A DNA stretch of 64,000 nt from Octopus vulgaris (taxonomy: Eukaryota), in the NCBI GenBank assembly GCA_951406725.2, contig OX597823.1:84878001-84942000 (forward strand). Reading direction: 5' to 3'. Under the pieces are notes generated by a model, which saw nothing but the letters and a program-made list of their open reading frames with translations, did not search any database and was not told the DNA's origin. The translations under genes were made by a program, and so were the position numbers. The stretch's first letter is position 1, and each line of letters starts with the position of its first letter. Below, in pieces: positions 40,004 to 54,802 of the stretch.

Positions 40004-40135
40004 GTTTATATATGTATATATAGAGTTATATATATTTATATATGTAAGTATATATATATATGCACATACATATATATACACATATGTATATGTACACACA
40101 CGTACATACACACACACACACTCGTTTATATATAT

Positions 40136-40690
40136 ACAGGGTATTCGCAATAAATTTGATAGTTGGCATTAAAGAAATAGAAAACACAGTATTCCATTCA
40201 AAGAAGGATGTGCTACGAAATCCAAAAATATCAACTAACTTATGGTTAGGAGGTAACAGATTACCCAGAGTAGTCGTCCCCAGCTTCCCCATGGCCTCAA
40301 GACGGCTCCGGAACTTGGCGAATGCGCCCCTCACAGTGACCCTGGGAGATCTTCGAAATCCTCGTTGATCTTGGCCAGCAGCTCGGCCATGTTTTTGCAG
40401 GCCGGTCGGTTGGTTCCTTTCTCTATCGTGCCTCACACATAGTACGCCATGGGATTACAATCGAGGAAAGTGGGAGGGCAGTTCAGTCGAAGAAATTCTC
40501 CAGTAAACAATTCTGCCTCTTTCCGGGGGTATATCAAGGTCCCCAATCTCGCTGCCAGGGTTTCACTATAGGTACAATTGCTTTCATCAGTATGACAAAC
40601 TCTGACCTTACTTGCGGTTACCCAAGGGCTTAGACTTATATATAAAAGAAGTATAAATAAGATATGGCGTACGTAATTTGATAATTTAAA
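40136..40690 (-). mobile_element. Decayed Tc1/mariner-superfamily transposon fragment
   Basis: Frameshifted peptides NCPPTFLDCNPMAYYV and VRGAFAKFRSRLEA resemble the WPPxSPDxNPxD motif and C-terminus of mariner-like transposases; TA|cagggt terminus near 40136. Confidence 0.75.
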
Positions 40691-40714
40691 CAAAATGTGA
40701 TAGAAAAAACAATG

Positions 40715-41615
40715 CCAAAATTTGGCACAGTTTCCTCCAGGATCTTCCAGATGTATGTTACTGCATACATCTCCTGCCTTCGCTCCAGGTGTAGAGTCTT
40801 AGCAGTTTCCGCCTTTCCCAGTAGCTGAGCAGTTGCAAAGAGACGATCTTCTTTGTGAAGCTTCGTTGGATTACTTCAAGGTCAGCTGTTAATTTTACAC
40901 TGTTGGGTGACCATTGCTCGGAGCAGTAATCCAGGCGGCTGAGGAAGAATGTCCTCCAGAGGACCGTCATGGTTTCCTTATCTCTGGTTCTGAACGTTCT
41001 CAGGATTCATCCAGCCAGTCGTCTGAATTTTGTGGCCATCCTGGTATCATCACCCATGTCAACACCCAGGTCCCTCACTGATTTAGGCTCTGGGATTGTA
41101 ATTCCCTGTGTACCAGTATACTCTGTAAGTTTCATATTCAGTTTCATATGCTGCATTAAACTGCATGTTATTATCCTCAGCCCATCAGTAAATTGAGTCT
41201 AACTCCTGCTGCAGATGTGCAACATCGCTGGGGGTTCTGTATTTTCTGAAAGAATTTCGTATCGTCTGCGTAACTAGCAAGAGTGGTTATCCGGGCGGTT
41301 GAGGGCATATCTGAGAAGGCCACTATGAAAGGAAGTGGTCCCAAGACAGTGCCCTGTGGAACACCGCTCACTATTTGTGTTTTCATTGAGGTGGCTACAT
41401 TGGCCACTGCTGCCTGACTTCTAACTTTCAGAAAGTCATGTAACCACTCTCCAAATTTTCCAGCTATGCCGAAATCACGCAGTCTCTGTCATATCATACC
41501 ATGATCCACTTTGTCAAAAGCTTTTGCAAAATCAAGGAATATTACGTCTACATTTGAGTTGTTGAGTACTGCCTCAACACCCGGTCATAATATTATAAGA
41601 GCTGGGTCAGGCAAC
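40715..41615 (-). mobile_element. Decayed CR1/L2-group LINE reverse transcriptase fragment
   Basis: Peptides FLDFAKAFDKVD, SGVPQGTVLGP, YADDTK, SRLDYCSEQWSP and LEVIQRSFTKKI..SYWER, with frameshifts. Confidence 0.9.
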
Positions 41616-41621
41616 TCTTGC

Positions 41622-41663
<42 letters not shown>

Positions 41664-41749
41664 GTACGTGATTTTATCAAGTAGATGCTGTGAAGCCGTT
41701 GTGTTCATGGGGTATGTATAATTGTTCGTCTTTATGTGCATTGTCGTGT

Positions 41750-41800
41750 ATTACACTGATGATGGAAAAAAGGGGTTCCCCTTTAATCCTGAAATCATTT
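41750..41800 (+). ncRNA. Partial hammerhead-like motif
   Basis: CTGATGA 41756-62, hairpin gga..aaagggg-tt-ccccttt..tcc, GAAA 41791-94; stems I/III not convincing; lies in a 290-bp unit between (TA)n tracts. Confidence 0.4.
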
Positions 41801-41969
41801 TATATATAAGTAAACCTTTGCATGAATCTTTTTCGTTCATTTTCCCGAATTCGGCGCGTATTTATTGTAATAATTTTAAGGTAGCTTAGAGAGACATTCG
41901 TCATCTTAAAGCACATGGCAAAACTAGCATACTTACTCGCTTGCCTTCATTATATATATATATATATAT

Positions 41970-42245
41970 AAAGATAAAGATAAAGATAAAGACCCCCTTC
42001 GGTCATGAATGACCATGGGATTGCACCTAGAAAGTTACCCTCCTAGGCACAAGTCCGGGCAAGGTTGTTTATGGAAGACCAGCAGTCGCCCATGCATACC
42101 GGCCTCCCCTCTCCACGCCACCAGTGTTATCCAAGGGAAAGACAAAGGTCGATACAGCTTGGAACCAGTGATGTCGCAACTCATTTCTACAGCTGAGTGA
42201 ACTGGAGCAACGTAGAGAGAGAGAGAGAGAGAGAGAAATGAAAGT
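41970..42245 (-). mobile_element. CORE-type SINE family C, 5'-truncated, (TTTATC)n tail
   Basis: Close match to 57895-58225. Confidence 0.85.
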
Positions 42246-44640
42246 TATTTTATTCAACACAGGTAGAAATATAGGTAAAATAGAAGTTGAAAATGTACTG
42301 AGAATAGTTAAAATATTTTTTTATATTATTATATTTAAAGCTTTAACCGTTTTCACAGTTTACACTGATTTTCAAAAATTTTAAATAGAAAGACGTGGCT
42401 TATGTGGTAGCTGTTTTGCTTCTGACTAGTGTTTGAAGCTTACCCTATTTTTATAGGACGTTCATGACTCAGATTAGTATGTTTTCAATAGGATTTGATT
42501 GGTAGAGGATAGTCACATGACTGGTCTTAGAAAAGTTCCTCGTTATGTCCGTGTGACCATATCGTATGTTAAAGCTGACAGTTGGCTGAACAAGTCTAGT
42601 GATAGTTCTAAGCAATCAATGCTCTGTATGTTTTCTGTTAAGTGTTTGTAGAGAATGAACATAAGATTAAATTTAGAACCTTAAGCTTCCCGCTATATCC
42701 GTGCGTTAGTGTCACGTGGCAGTATATTTTGCGCCTACAATGAAGGCCGATATGGTTGAGTGAAGATGTCTAGTTACACTCAAGGTACGCCTAATTTAAT
42801 CTGTCTAGTGGGAGAGTAGACAGGAGTCGTTTGTTTATAGTCGAGTAACTAAAGTTTAGGTTGTTAGCTGTGTAGGTTCCTCATGTTAAGTGGCAGAATG
42901 AGATTTTTGTTGAAATACTTATTTGTGTAAGTACTTTGTTGAAATTTAAGTCTTCGTTTCTACTTTTGTATGAAAGTATTCTCTTTGTTTATTTGTGCTT
43001 CATCTGTAGTATTCACTGAACATAGGTAGAGTGGGAAAATCTGGAATTTTGGGGATTTATTTTTTGCACAAATGTCTATGTATAAACTCAGTGAAATCTA
43101 TCTAGTATTGGGGTCTCGTATTTGTTGTCGGTGAATGGTCAATCCGTTTCTTAGAGTAAGCTTTGTTTGACCTATACCATTTTCATTACATCCTTGACAT
43201 TTGATAGCGTATATTAAATTCCTTGAGAAACGTATAAATTAATTTTTTACGGTAAAAATCTGTGATTTCAATTTGCATGTCGTGTCTTCCATAAGACTGA
43301 TGCAAGTCCCATAATTGGGGCGGCTACACTTTTTGACTGTTGGTGTAGGAGTTGCGAAACGTAATTGAGCACTCGTGAGAAATATTTTGAGATACTTTAA
43401 TTTTCTTTTACTTTGATTATTATGTGTATTTCGAATGCTTGTTTCGTCCTAGGGTCTTGTCTTAGCAGTGGCATATTCTGGTGGATAATATTGTAAACCT
43501 CTGTATTTCTTGAGTTTTGTGTTGTAACAAAGGGTAGATTATTGGATGTATTGGGGGCGCTTTTCGTAGTTCTTGGATATTTATTACTTTGGGACGTTTT
43601 ATTCCGATGTCTATTAACTCTATTGGATATTGTCTTTTAAGTAGTATTTGTTTTAGTTCCTAGAATCTTTTATTGAGAGTTTCTGGGTTTGAGACAATTA
43701 TACAGATTCTTCTTGCTAGATTAAAGGGAATATTATTCTTTGTGTGTTTGGGATGGCATGAAGTGAACAGCAAGTATCGTTTAGAATTTGTTTGTTTGTA
43801 GTGAATGTCTGTTTCAATAATTTTATCTTTTCTGATGATTAGTGTTTCCAGGAATGGTAGTTGAGTTTTACTGTATTCCATCGTGAAGTTTGTATCATTG
43901 TTTATGCTGTTGATTAGTTTTTTGAAATGTATTAGTTGTTCAAATGTGTGCGTCCATGGGATTAGGCAGCCATCTAGGTAACGTTTCTAGTTTTCTAGTA
44001 GATATTTGTAGAATCTCAAACCATATTTTAATTTTGATTGTTCATATATATGGACTTCCATGTACGTCATGACTAGTTTGGCGTAAGTTGGAGCAACTTT
44101 TATACCCACCGCAGTCCCAGATATAAAGTTGTTTTCGAGGATAGACTTCAATCCTTCAGTGATTAAACTTTTTTCAATTCCTGTGATAAAACGTTTTCCA
44201 ATTCTGTCTGGAATTTCATGAGGAGATTTCCTAAGCCAGAAATGTATTACCCCTAGTTCGTATTGGTGTGGGATTGTGGTATAGAGGCTCCCTACATCAA
44301 AAGATTTAATAGTGGTATCATTTTTTATGGATTTTGGGAGGTGGATTAACAGGTCCAGATCTTCCCTTACAAGATTTGGTATGTATTTTAAAATATGTTT
44401 CAGTGATATATCTAAAAAGTTGCTGAGTATGTGTTTCACAACTATGATTGGTCTAAATTTAAGGTCGGTGGGATATTGTATATTTATGCAAGTTGGTAAT
44501 TTACATGCATTCTTAATAGTTGTATTTTTTGGATTTTGGGAGACCGTAGAAGTAGCTAGTCTTGCAAGACTAGCACACAGACTCAGCAACTTTTGGTATG
44601 TGTAAAAAATGTTGAGCTTCCAGCATAGTGAAAGACCATT
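42245..44640 (-). mobile_element. Decayed Penelope-like retroelement (RT, GIY-YIG endonuclease, 3' pseudo-LTR)
   Basis: KFRPII, SFDVGSLYTTIPH, GTAVG..APTYA, KRYLDG, LPFLE..YKQT..YL.FTSCHP (RT/thumb); NLIYAIKCQGCNENGIGQT..LRNGLTIH at 43220-43110 (GIY-YIG); premature stops; decayed hammerhead at 42341-42378. Confidence 0.9.
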
Positions 44641-46091
44641 TTTCTAATTAGTGGACAATTGTTGTATGTTTGTTTCTGTTGTTGCTGTTGTGTTCTTAGC
44701 CGCGAATCTTGTCATATTCAAAGTAACTTACGAAAAGTAATAATCCAGCATTAACCAACATTTATAAGCAAATATGTCGTGGATTTCCTTACATTACCTT
44801 CATTTTATTAAATGGTTGCACGTGATGTAAGAGATATTAACTGTCATTTCTTACAGGTCTGTGTCTATAAAAAAGCGACCTCATTGGCATGTGGGTAGTG
44901 TGTTTCGTGTTTTAAGTGTTAGTACTATTCTACAGGGGAGCAAATTTCTTATATGTTCACAGAGTTAAAGGAGAATACAGATGGCACCAAGCAACATAGT
45001 GAGTTTATGGATGTCAACAAGTAATCAATACCATATTGTGTTCGTGGTGAAGGAAGACATTTAATTCTCTCATGAATCAATGAACTTACTTCTAAGTAGA
45101 AAGAGTCAGCCAGGTACGACTTAACAAAACGTAGAGCAGCGTACTGTCAAATTGAGGAGCGTTTCAAAAGCATTGAGAGTTCAGAGGTCAGAGTTCAGTT
45201 AGTAAAACAAGATAGTAAACTTTCATTTTTGTATTTGCTTTTGCAAGATTCCGGATGTGAAATAATACGCTACACAAATATTGTTTTACTTTTATGGTGG
45301 TGGTGGTGGTCATGGTGGAGAATATTGCTTATTAAAACATGCGTTCATGTTGCTTTCTACATCAGTTTTATAATAGACACATTAGATAATCAGAAAGATA
45401 ATTAATAATTGATTAAATAATTGATTACTCTCTATCAATGTTCTTTCGTCACAGCCTATGTACTTATCGATGATGACAGTGATTAGCCGCTCCTACATCT
45501 TCTCCTTGATAACAGAAACATTTTGCTGATTTCTCTTTGACCGCCATCTCAGAAAAGGAAACTATATCATTAATACAGTGTTGTTATATCCAGTAGTACA
45601 TGTCTGGTAATTTTTTTAATTCATGGAAGGGATGAAAACGCCGCTTAAGTTGAGTGCAGGAATCCATGAAATTACATTTCGTGGTAGAGAAGTTTCCAAC
45701 GTATAATTAGAAATATTACTATTGCACATATTTAAGAAACAGACAATGCATATATCTTGATTTAAGAAAATCAATCTCGAAAATAAATAACTACAGATTT
45801 CACAAACCTGATTATTGCTCAATGTCTACTTCTCTCTTTGTTAAGGTTTCTGCTGTTAGTACTGTCGTAGTGTACGTGGTGGGGGTTAAATAGTCGAACC
45901 TTTGACCGGTCAGAGCAGACATATGACCAAATAAGAGTTTACAGAATAACTAGGAGCCCCATTTATACATAAATGTGTGGGGAAATATCGCAGATGCTAT
46001 TCCTACGCAGAAAATACCAGAGATACTCAGAGGTTTTGCTAGCTCTTCTTTTGAATACATCATAATGTCGGACGCACTTCCGTATTCTCAC

Positions 46092-46194
46092 CTTCTGCTT
46101 GTGACCCTTCAATATCTCTGGGTTGCAAGCGTTTTGCCCCTTGATCTGTACGCTTCACCTGATTGGTGCAGCGGAGATTGAACTAAGTTTTCGT
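46092..46194 (-). other. Candidate non-coding exon (103 nt)
   Basis: actttctgcAG| acceptor and AAG|GTGAGA donor on the minus strand; stops in all three frames, no ATG. Confidence 0.35.
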
Positions 46195-47215
46195 CTGCAG
46201 AAAGTTTTAGGATGACTCCATGAAACCCATAGCTCCAGAAATCTTGAATTGGAGCATCACCACAGATGCAGTTTATGCCATACCCAGGACATCGATGCAT
46301 CCCTCCATCCATCCACCCATCCAACCACCAGGTCATCCATCCATCCAATCATCCATGCATCCATCCATACATACCTCAAGTTCCATACATACATGCATAC
46401 ATACATACATATATACATACATACATACATACATACATACATACATACATACATACATACATACATACAAACGTGTGTATGGATGTCTTTCCTCGATGGG
46501 TTCAACGTAGTTTGACCATCCGAATGACCTTCTTTTAAATTAATGTATAACATGGTTGAGTATTCCAACAGCATATATTCCCGTAACGTATTTCTTTAAA
46601 GACATCAGTGTGGCACAATGCGGGACGGGGTTAAGCCGTAAAGTGACAGGTAAGAATTTCTGTCGTCGATTCAGTTTCACTCAGAAAACATGAGGCAACC
46701 CGAGCCGAATATAACACATAGCGGAATCGACGCCGGGGCCTCGTGTTTGTAGAGCGAACTTCTGACTCTTTAGCTACACGGCAGAAGCACGTGTGCACAC
46801 AGACACATACACATACTCACGTAGGCACTAGCAAACTAACGCAGAGAAATACACACACACACACACACACACACTAACATACTAACGCAGAGAAATACAC
46901 ACACATACACACACGCACACTAACAAACTAACGCAGAGAAATTCTTACACACACACACACATTCAGAAAAACTCACACGCACACACTAACACACCATGTG
47001 CACACAGACGTGTGTGCACACATACATATACGTACCTTAGTTAATCTTCAGACATATACGTATATATGTATGTATGTATATGTGCGTGCATATATGTATG
47101 TGTATATAACGATACACACACACACACACACACATACGCATACACACACTCATGCTACATATTTTCTACGTGTGTGCGTTTCAGTGTTTGTGTATATGTG
47201 TGTGTATGTGTGACT

Positions 47216-47249
<34 letters not shown>

Positions 47250-48017
47250 AGTTAACCCTTGGGCTAAACATAGTACCACGGAGCGAGGTGCAGTTCGCTG
47301 CTGCAGGCGGCGAATACAACTGGAATAAATGAAAAGCGAATAGGTGGAGTGTTAGTGTTGAGTTCAAAAAGCTCCACCGAACGAACGAGCGAACAACAAC
47401 AACAACAACCTCAGCAGCAGCAGCAACAACAACAGCTACAGTTACGTCAACATGAAGACTTAAACCTTCCGATGATAATAGACGGGACAATTCTTAAGTT
47501 ATTATCGTGCTAGATAATTTGAAATAATATAAATAGACCCGCACACAACACACACGTTAATTCAAAATATAGGGCATTTATGTCACGAATTATAGACAAA
47601 GAATGAATTTTCCCGTATTCATGAACAATAGAACATTACAGTCCCGCTTCATTTATAACCGACTTCACATGGTGTTGATAGTCATCCTTTAAACGGGGAG
47701 TGTTGGTAGAGATGAATGAAACAAAGCCGCGACATGAGCGCTTCTATTGTACGGTAGACCCAGAGCTAAACCGGAACTGCATCCTGCAAGCGGCAAGGAA
47801 ACTATAATTAATAGTACAGACCGTCGTCCGCTTGCTTCAATCTGCGATATGTGTGGAGCTGTGCTTGCACTTACGCATGGTACCTATTTACATGTAGGTG
47901 CTCTTGGCTACGCTTTATGTGTGATATTTTATTTTATTATATTTGTTTAGTTGTTTTAAAACTACCTTAGCTGGGGACACATAAAACAACCAGTGACCAA
48001 ATACGAAGTGATCAAGG

Positions 48018-48700
48018 GTCTCTGTCTGTCTATCTGTCTATCTCTCTCTCTCTATCTCCTATCTCTGTCTCTGTATGTCCCTCTCTGTTTCTCTCTGTCT
48101 CTCTGTTTTGCTCTTGTCCATCTGTTGTCTTTTCGTTTGGTTGTTTTACTCTCTCTGTCTCCGTCAACCTTTTGATCAGTCTCTCTCTCCCTCACTCTCT
48201 CTCTCTCTCTCTCTGTTTTTCTCGGACTGCCTTCTCCGCTTCTCTCTCTCTCTCTCTCTCTCTCAGTTGCAGTTTCTATCTGTCTGCTTACCTCATTCTG
48301 TGACTTTGACTGTGTCTCTCTGCTTGCCTGTCTGTCTGTCTGTCTGTCTGTTTCTCTCTCTCTCTCTCTCTCTGACCATCTGTGTGTCTGTCTCTGTCTC
48401 GCTCTTAGTGTAGTTTCCTTTCTCAGTGTCTCGTTCTCTGTCTGTCTCTGTCTGTCTCTCTCCGTCTGTCTGTCTGTCAGCTTCTCGCTGTCTCTCTCTG
48501 TCATTCTCTGTCTGTCTGTCTCTCTCGCTCTGTATCTCTGTCTATTTCTCAATCTCTCTCTGTGTCTATCTATGTCTGCCTGCTTGTTTGTCTGACCCAC
48601 TCTCTCTCTCACTCTCTCTCTTTTTCTCTATCTATCTATCTATCTCTTTTCTCTCCCTGTATTTGATTGCCGCTCTTGTCTCCTCTATTTCTTCTCTTAT
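48018..48700. repeat. Long CT/CTGT polypyrimidine tract
   Basis: Directly visible. Confidence 0.93.
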
Positions 48701-49488
48701 CAAACTCCAACAAAACACCATGATCCAAACTACCGGGTACCGTTGATTTTCAATCGTTGAGATAAAAATCAAAATCTTGCATAATTGCATGTGATATAAG
48801 CAAAACAATACCTTATATACGTAAAGAAAGACTTCAACCACCCTAAAGCGATATATATATATATATATATATATATGTACCTCTTTGTTATATATATATA
48901 TATATATATATATAGCTCTTTGTTTTAAAGGAGTATATACAAACGGACACAACAACAGCAGCAGCAACAACGACAATGACAACAGCAACAACAACAAGAA
49001 CAAAAGAAAACAAAAAAAAACACCTCTTCTAAACTATAGCTAGGAGTTCAGAAGAATAAAATGTGTTACGGGTTAAGCGATCTGAAAGTGGCTTTATCAA
49101 GTGAAATAAAGAGAAATACCTCAGTTTATGGTCTGAAAAAAAAAAAAATATATATCTATGAAGTATCATATAAACCACAGAGCATAGGCAATCTGAAGAG
49201 AACATACTCTGAATATTGTATGGAAGAACAAAATGATCAAAAGCCTTATTTATTCATAGTTTTCCTGTTTATCAAAAATAATCGTAAGCATGCTATTATA
49301 AGTAAATAAGTTATTTCAAATAATATTCATAATGTATTTTTATATATTTATTTGTTTATTCTGTTTTGTTTTGTTCATCTATTTATCTATATAGATAGAT
49401 ATACACACGGACGCGCGCGTGCGTGTGCGTGTATGTGTACATATATATAAATGCATGTATAAATATGTGTGTATGTATATGAATGGAG

Positions 49489-49532
<44 letters not shown>

Positions 49533-49743
49533 GTATATATTTTATATATAAACGTATGTCTTTATATATAGTTTTATATATATATATATATATATATACA
49601 TGATGTGTGTGCATATAAATATGTATATATGTATCTATGTATATATATATTATATATATATGTGTACACACACACACATATATATATATACATGCATGCA
49701 TATGTGTGTATATATATATATGTATCTATGGGTACACATATAT

Positions 49744-49855
<112 letters not shown>

Positions 49856-50112
49856 TATAACGCATTTTTTTGTTCATCAAATAAACTATAAAGGAGGGGC
49901 CCCCGAAAAAGTTTCTGATGATAAAGGATGGAGAATAGCATTAAATGTAAATAACAACAAGCAAGCTGTATTATAGGCAACGCCGCATCAACATCTAGAA
50001 AGGAAAACAAAACAGCAACAACAATCGCAACAACCACAACAATCATAACGATCACAAAAGCAACAATAACCAAACAACAAAACCAATATTCATACAATGT
50101 ATATATATACAT

Positions 50113-50158
<46 letters not shown>

Positions 50159-50247
50159 GTATTTATATATATGCAAAACAAAAGACAACAAAGGCGACGA
50201 TATAACATTGCCTCCGCCCTCAGTGCCACCAGTGCCACCAGTGCCAC

Positions 50248-50307
50248 AATGATGACGACAGCGACGGTGACGTGGTGGTGGTGGTGTTAGTAGTGGTAGT
50301 AGAAGTA

Positions 50308-50345
<38 letters not shown>

Positions 50346-50386
50346 CGACGACAAAGATGACGACGACAATAACAGCAATAATAATA

Positions 50387-50444
<58 letters not shown>

Positions 50445-50526
50445 TAATGATAATAATAACGACGACGAAGATGACGATGAAGAGGATGGTGATGATGTTT
50501 ATGATGATGATGATGACGACGATGAC

Positions 50527-50574
<48 letters not shown>

Positions 50575-50576
50575 AA
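50248..50576. repeat. Compound (GAT)n/(AAT)n/(GAC)n tract
   Basis: Directly visible. Confidence 0.95.
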
Positions 50577-51814
50577 CGAAACGGTGGTGTATTGAGGGCG
50601 AGAGCAGAACGGAGAGAGATAGTAAAACTGTAGAAGAAATGATAGACAGAGACACAGAGAGCGAGAGCGAGAGAGAGAGAGAGAGAGATAAAGATAGAGA
50701 GAGGGAGACCGAGGGGGAATAGGGAGAGTAAGAGCCCACCACTCCTTCGTTTAGTACTGAGTTTTTCTTTTCATTGCAAACCTTATTAGCTAAGGCCAGT
50801 GGACGATGCAAGTAATTTTTCTGCAAGCCGTACAAAGGAAAACATTTGGCTTTTATCAGCTATCTGCTACAATATTCAGATCTGATGGCAACGCGGTAAG
50901 AGAAGGGTCGGATTATTCCAGTATAATGTTCCATGCTTTGAAAACATTACACAACGTGTGGCTGAATAGAAGGTGTGTATTTTATTATCAACACATTGAG
51001 AGCGCTCTCAATGGGGTAGTCATTATTTTTAATCATATTCTCTGGCATAACAAAGCAGGCACAGAATTTGTGAACAATCCCGGTAGGACTCTATTCATCG
51101 AACAGAAAAGTATATAATAATTACTCTCAACACATTATGGTAACGTTTGTTTTCAGCAGAATAAATCTAAAGAGAACCACTCGGCCGTAATAGCATCCAT
51201 ACCAAGAGACAATCGGCGTTCTATTTCCCCCATTGTGTACGCCACAAAGACAGGCATAAAATATTAATAAAGAGCCATTGTCGGTAGCTGTTCAGTCCTA
51301 ACGAAACATAAAAAGCTGCCAGAACCAAATGAAAAGACACTTTGTATGGGAATTGTTGCGAGGAAATAGTGTGTGCTGTGTGCTGTTTGTACAGCATTGT
51401 TGATGGTATAAAAACGTTGGAATATTGATCGCAGCATGTGTGCTAGGCCACGAAGTAAGACACACACACACTGACACATACACTCTGACACACACAGACA
51501 CACACACACATACACACACACACACACACACAGAGACACACACACAGAAACACAGACACACACACACGTACTCAGTAATAGAAACACATTCAATGGCGCA
51601 TATATATTTACATACTAAACGCACATACTCGCATATACAAACATATGCATATATGTATACATAAACATATATATATATATATGTTTGTATATAAACACGA
51701 CGGAGACACAGAAACACAGACACATTCACAGATATATACATGCACATATACACACTTATATAAATATATATACACACACATATATGTATTTTTGTACGTA
51801 TAGAAACATACATT

Positions 51815-51857
<43 letters not shown>

Positions 51858-51872
51858 GTATACGTATGTATG

Positions 51873-51921
<49 letters not shown>

Positions 51922-52199
51922 ATATTTGCATATATATATACTGACATATTTATATATAAGAATAAATATATATATAAACCTATATACATACACCCACACT
52001 CTCACACACACAAACCTAGATATATGTGTACCAGTGTGTGTGTTCTCGCCTATGTGTGTGTATATATATGAGTCTTTATGTTTATGTGTGTGGGAAGGCG
52101 TACGGCAGTGGGGGTGGTGTTGGGTGGAAAAGAGAAAGAGAGCGAAAGAATAGGTACAGGGGTAGCATAGAGAATTAGAAATCCTAACAAAGGAAGGCG

Positions 52200-52230
<31 letters not shown>

Positions 52231-52676
52231 TGGGGAGTGTAGAGAGAAGCACAGAATCAGAGAGAGAAAAGAGAGAAAGAGAGAGAGATGGGGGAAATGA
52301 GAAGATGAGACGGAGAGAGAGGGGCTGTGAGGAAAGTAAGCAACATTATAATAGGAGCGATTATGGTGATAAATCGAATGAGAAATAGGGAGGGAAAGAC
52401 AGAGGGGGTTGAGGCGGAGGAAGGAAGAGAGTGGGAGTGAGAGAGAGAAAAGGAGAGAGACAGAGAGGCAGAGATTGACATAAATAGAAACAGAGAAAGA
52501 TTAAGTAGGATATAGGTTAACGAAGGATACATACATACATATATATATACATGTAGGTATATATATATATATATAACTACATGTATATATATATATATGC
52601 ACAAACACATATATATATATACATATATACATACATATATATATATATATATAAATGTCTCTCTCTCTCTCTCCCT

Positions 52677-52724
<48 letters not shown>

Positions 52725-52958
52725 GGTAATTAGATAATTAAAGAAGGAGAGGGATGTGTAGATAGTAGATAGAGAGGGCACAAGCGAGAGATGGTGATTA
52801 AAAGATGTGTAAAGGGAGAGAGAAGATGCGAGGGAGAGAGAGAGGGTGTGTGGGAAGAGAAAGTAACAGAGAGAGGACAAATTTAAAGCAAGGAAAAGAG
52901 GGGGAAAGAGAATGGCAAATGTAATAAAAAGATTTATAAAGAAGGAAAGAAGGGAAAG

Positions 52959-53002
<44 letters not shown>

Positions 53003-54222
53003 CGGAGAAAGAAAAAATGAAATAGAGGGAGGGAAAGGGATACGGAGAGAAGGAAAAAATTAGGGGAAAATGAAAATTTAAAGAGGGATAGGCGGAAAGA
53101 GAGGCTGAAAAAATGATGAGAGAGAGATTTAGAGAAAGAGAATGAGCGCGCGAGAGCAAGAGAGAATGTTAAGGAGATCTTACAACTGGAGAGAAAAGTG
53201 AAATACGATTGTGATAAAGTGAGTAGTAAGAAGGGTGTATATATGTTAGATAGTTAGGTAGACAGATAGATTTAGAATAAGGCCTGAAAAGGAGAGACTG
53301 GAAGTGAGAGACAAGCTGCTGAGAGAGAGAGGGAGAAACTTGTGGGAGAGAGTGCGATTAAAAAGTGATAACGCACACAAACTTACATGCACACATGCAA
53401 GCACGCACACAATTACACTGACACCCTGCCAACACACACGTACACGGTTCCATCCCCACCCCAATACACAAATACACGCGCTCGTACATGTATACACTCG
53501 TAAATGGGAACAAAATAAAGCAGATGTATAAACAAGGTAAATAAAGAAACGCCAAAAAGTAAAGAAATGTCATCTAAAAAATAAGTGAAAGCAACGTGTG
53601 TGTATATATATATATATATATCTGTGTGTGTGTGTGTGTGTGTGTGTCTATATATGTATGTATGTGTCTGTGTATGTGTGTGTTGGCGCGAATACTAAAA
53701 GTATAGAGAATAGAGAAGGCAAAATGAGAGGAAAGGACAGCTCGGGGAGGAGAAAATAAACTTATAAAAATCAAAAGAGGCAGGCAATTTTCTAGAAAAC
53801 AAACAATGAAGGTGATGGAGGTCTGCAAAAAGAACGAAGCAAAGAAAGAAAAAAAGAAAAGAAAAGACAAACAAAGATGACAAAAAAATAATTAAGAATA
53901 AAAATATAAAGGAATAGAATGAATCAAAAGAACGTAATAAAAATGAAATAAAAAAAATCAAATAGAAAAATGGATGAATGAAACGAAATGAAATAGAATA
54001 ATTTAAAAGAATTGATACGTTGTGAAGAAAAGAATTAAATAATAAGAAGAGGAGATGAAGGGGTGAAGGAGGATTGAGGGGGAGCAGGAATTAGAATTGG
54101 GGTTGGAGAGATGGGTGACGGAAGAATTTTGGAATAAAAATGTAAGGAAATGAGATGGAGGAGACGATGTATTAATACACACATATATATATATTTTATA
54201 TATATATATATATATTTTATAC

Positions 54223-54273
<51 letters not shown>

Positions 54274-54444
54274 TATAAAGAAAATTTACGATTAAGATTT
54301 AAGCCTATAACGGAGAGTAGGATGAGGTGGATTTCTGTGGAATCTGGATAGGGGTAAAGTGAAAATGTCCAACATGCATAGTCACATATATGTGTGTGTG
54401 TGTGTGTGTGTGCGTGTGTATGTCTCTTCCTCCTTGTCCTTTTG

Positions 54445-54526
<82 letters not shown>

Positions 54527-54802
54527 GGAGAGCGAGATTACAGGTGTTAACATCAACAAAATAGGGGAGTACTTCGTAATTATAGTAAATCGAAATATTT
54601 AATGGATCATAATTATTACTATCATGGCCGGGTTCCAACCCGAGCCGCAGCAACAAAGTCCACCCGTTACAATACTCGGTCCATCATCACTACCTCGAGG
54701 TCCTGGATACATTCCAAGCCAGTGTCTTCAATCAGGTTGTCGATGTAAGTGTGACAACGTTTTACCTCTTCTGATACATGACCATGGAGTGGGTTCCACA
54801 TA

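Noticed and set aside
43660-44589. Intact or selenocysteine-recoded Penelope ORF
   Set aside because: The interruptions checked are TAG stops and deletions, and the catalytic YxDD reads YLDG; a decayed copy.
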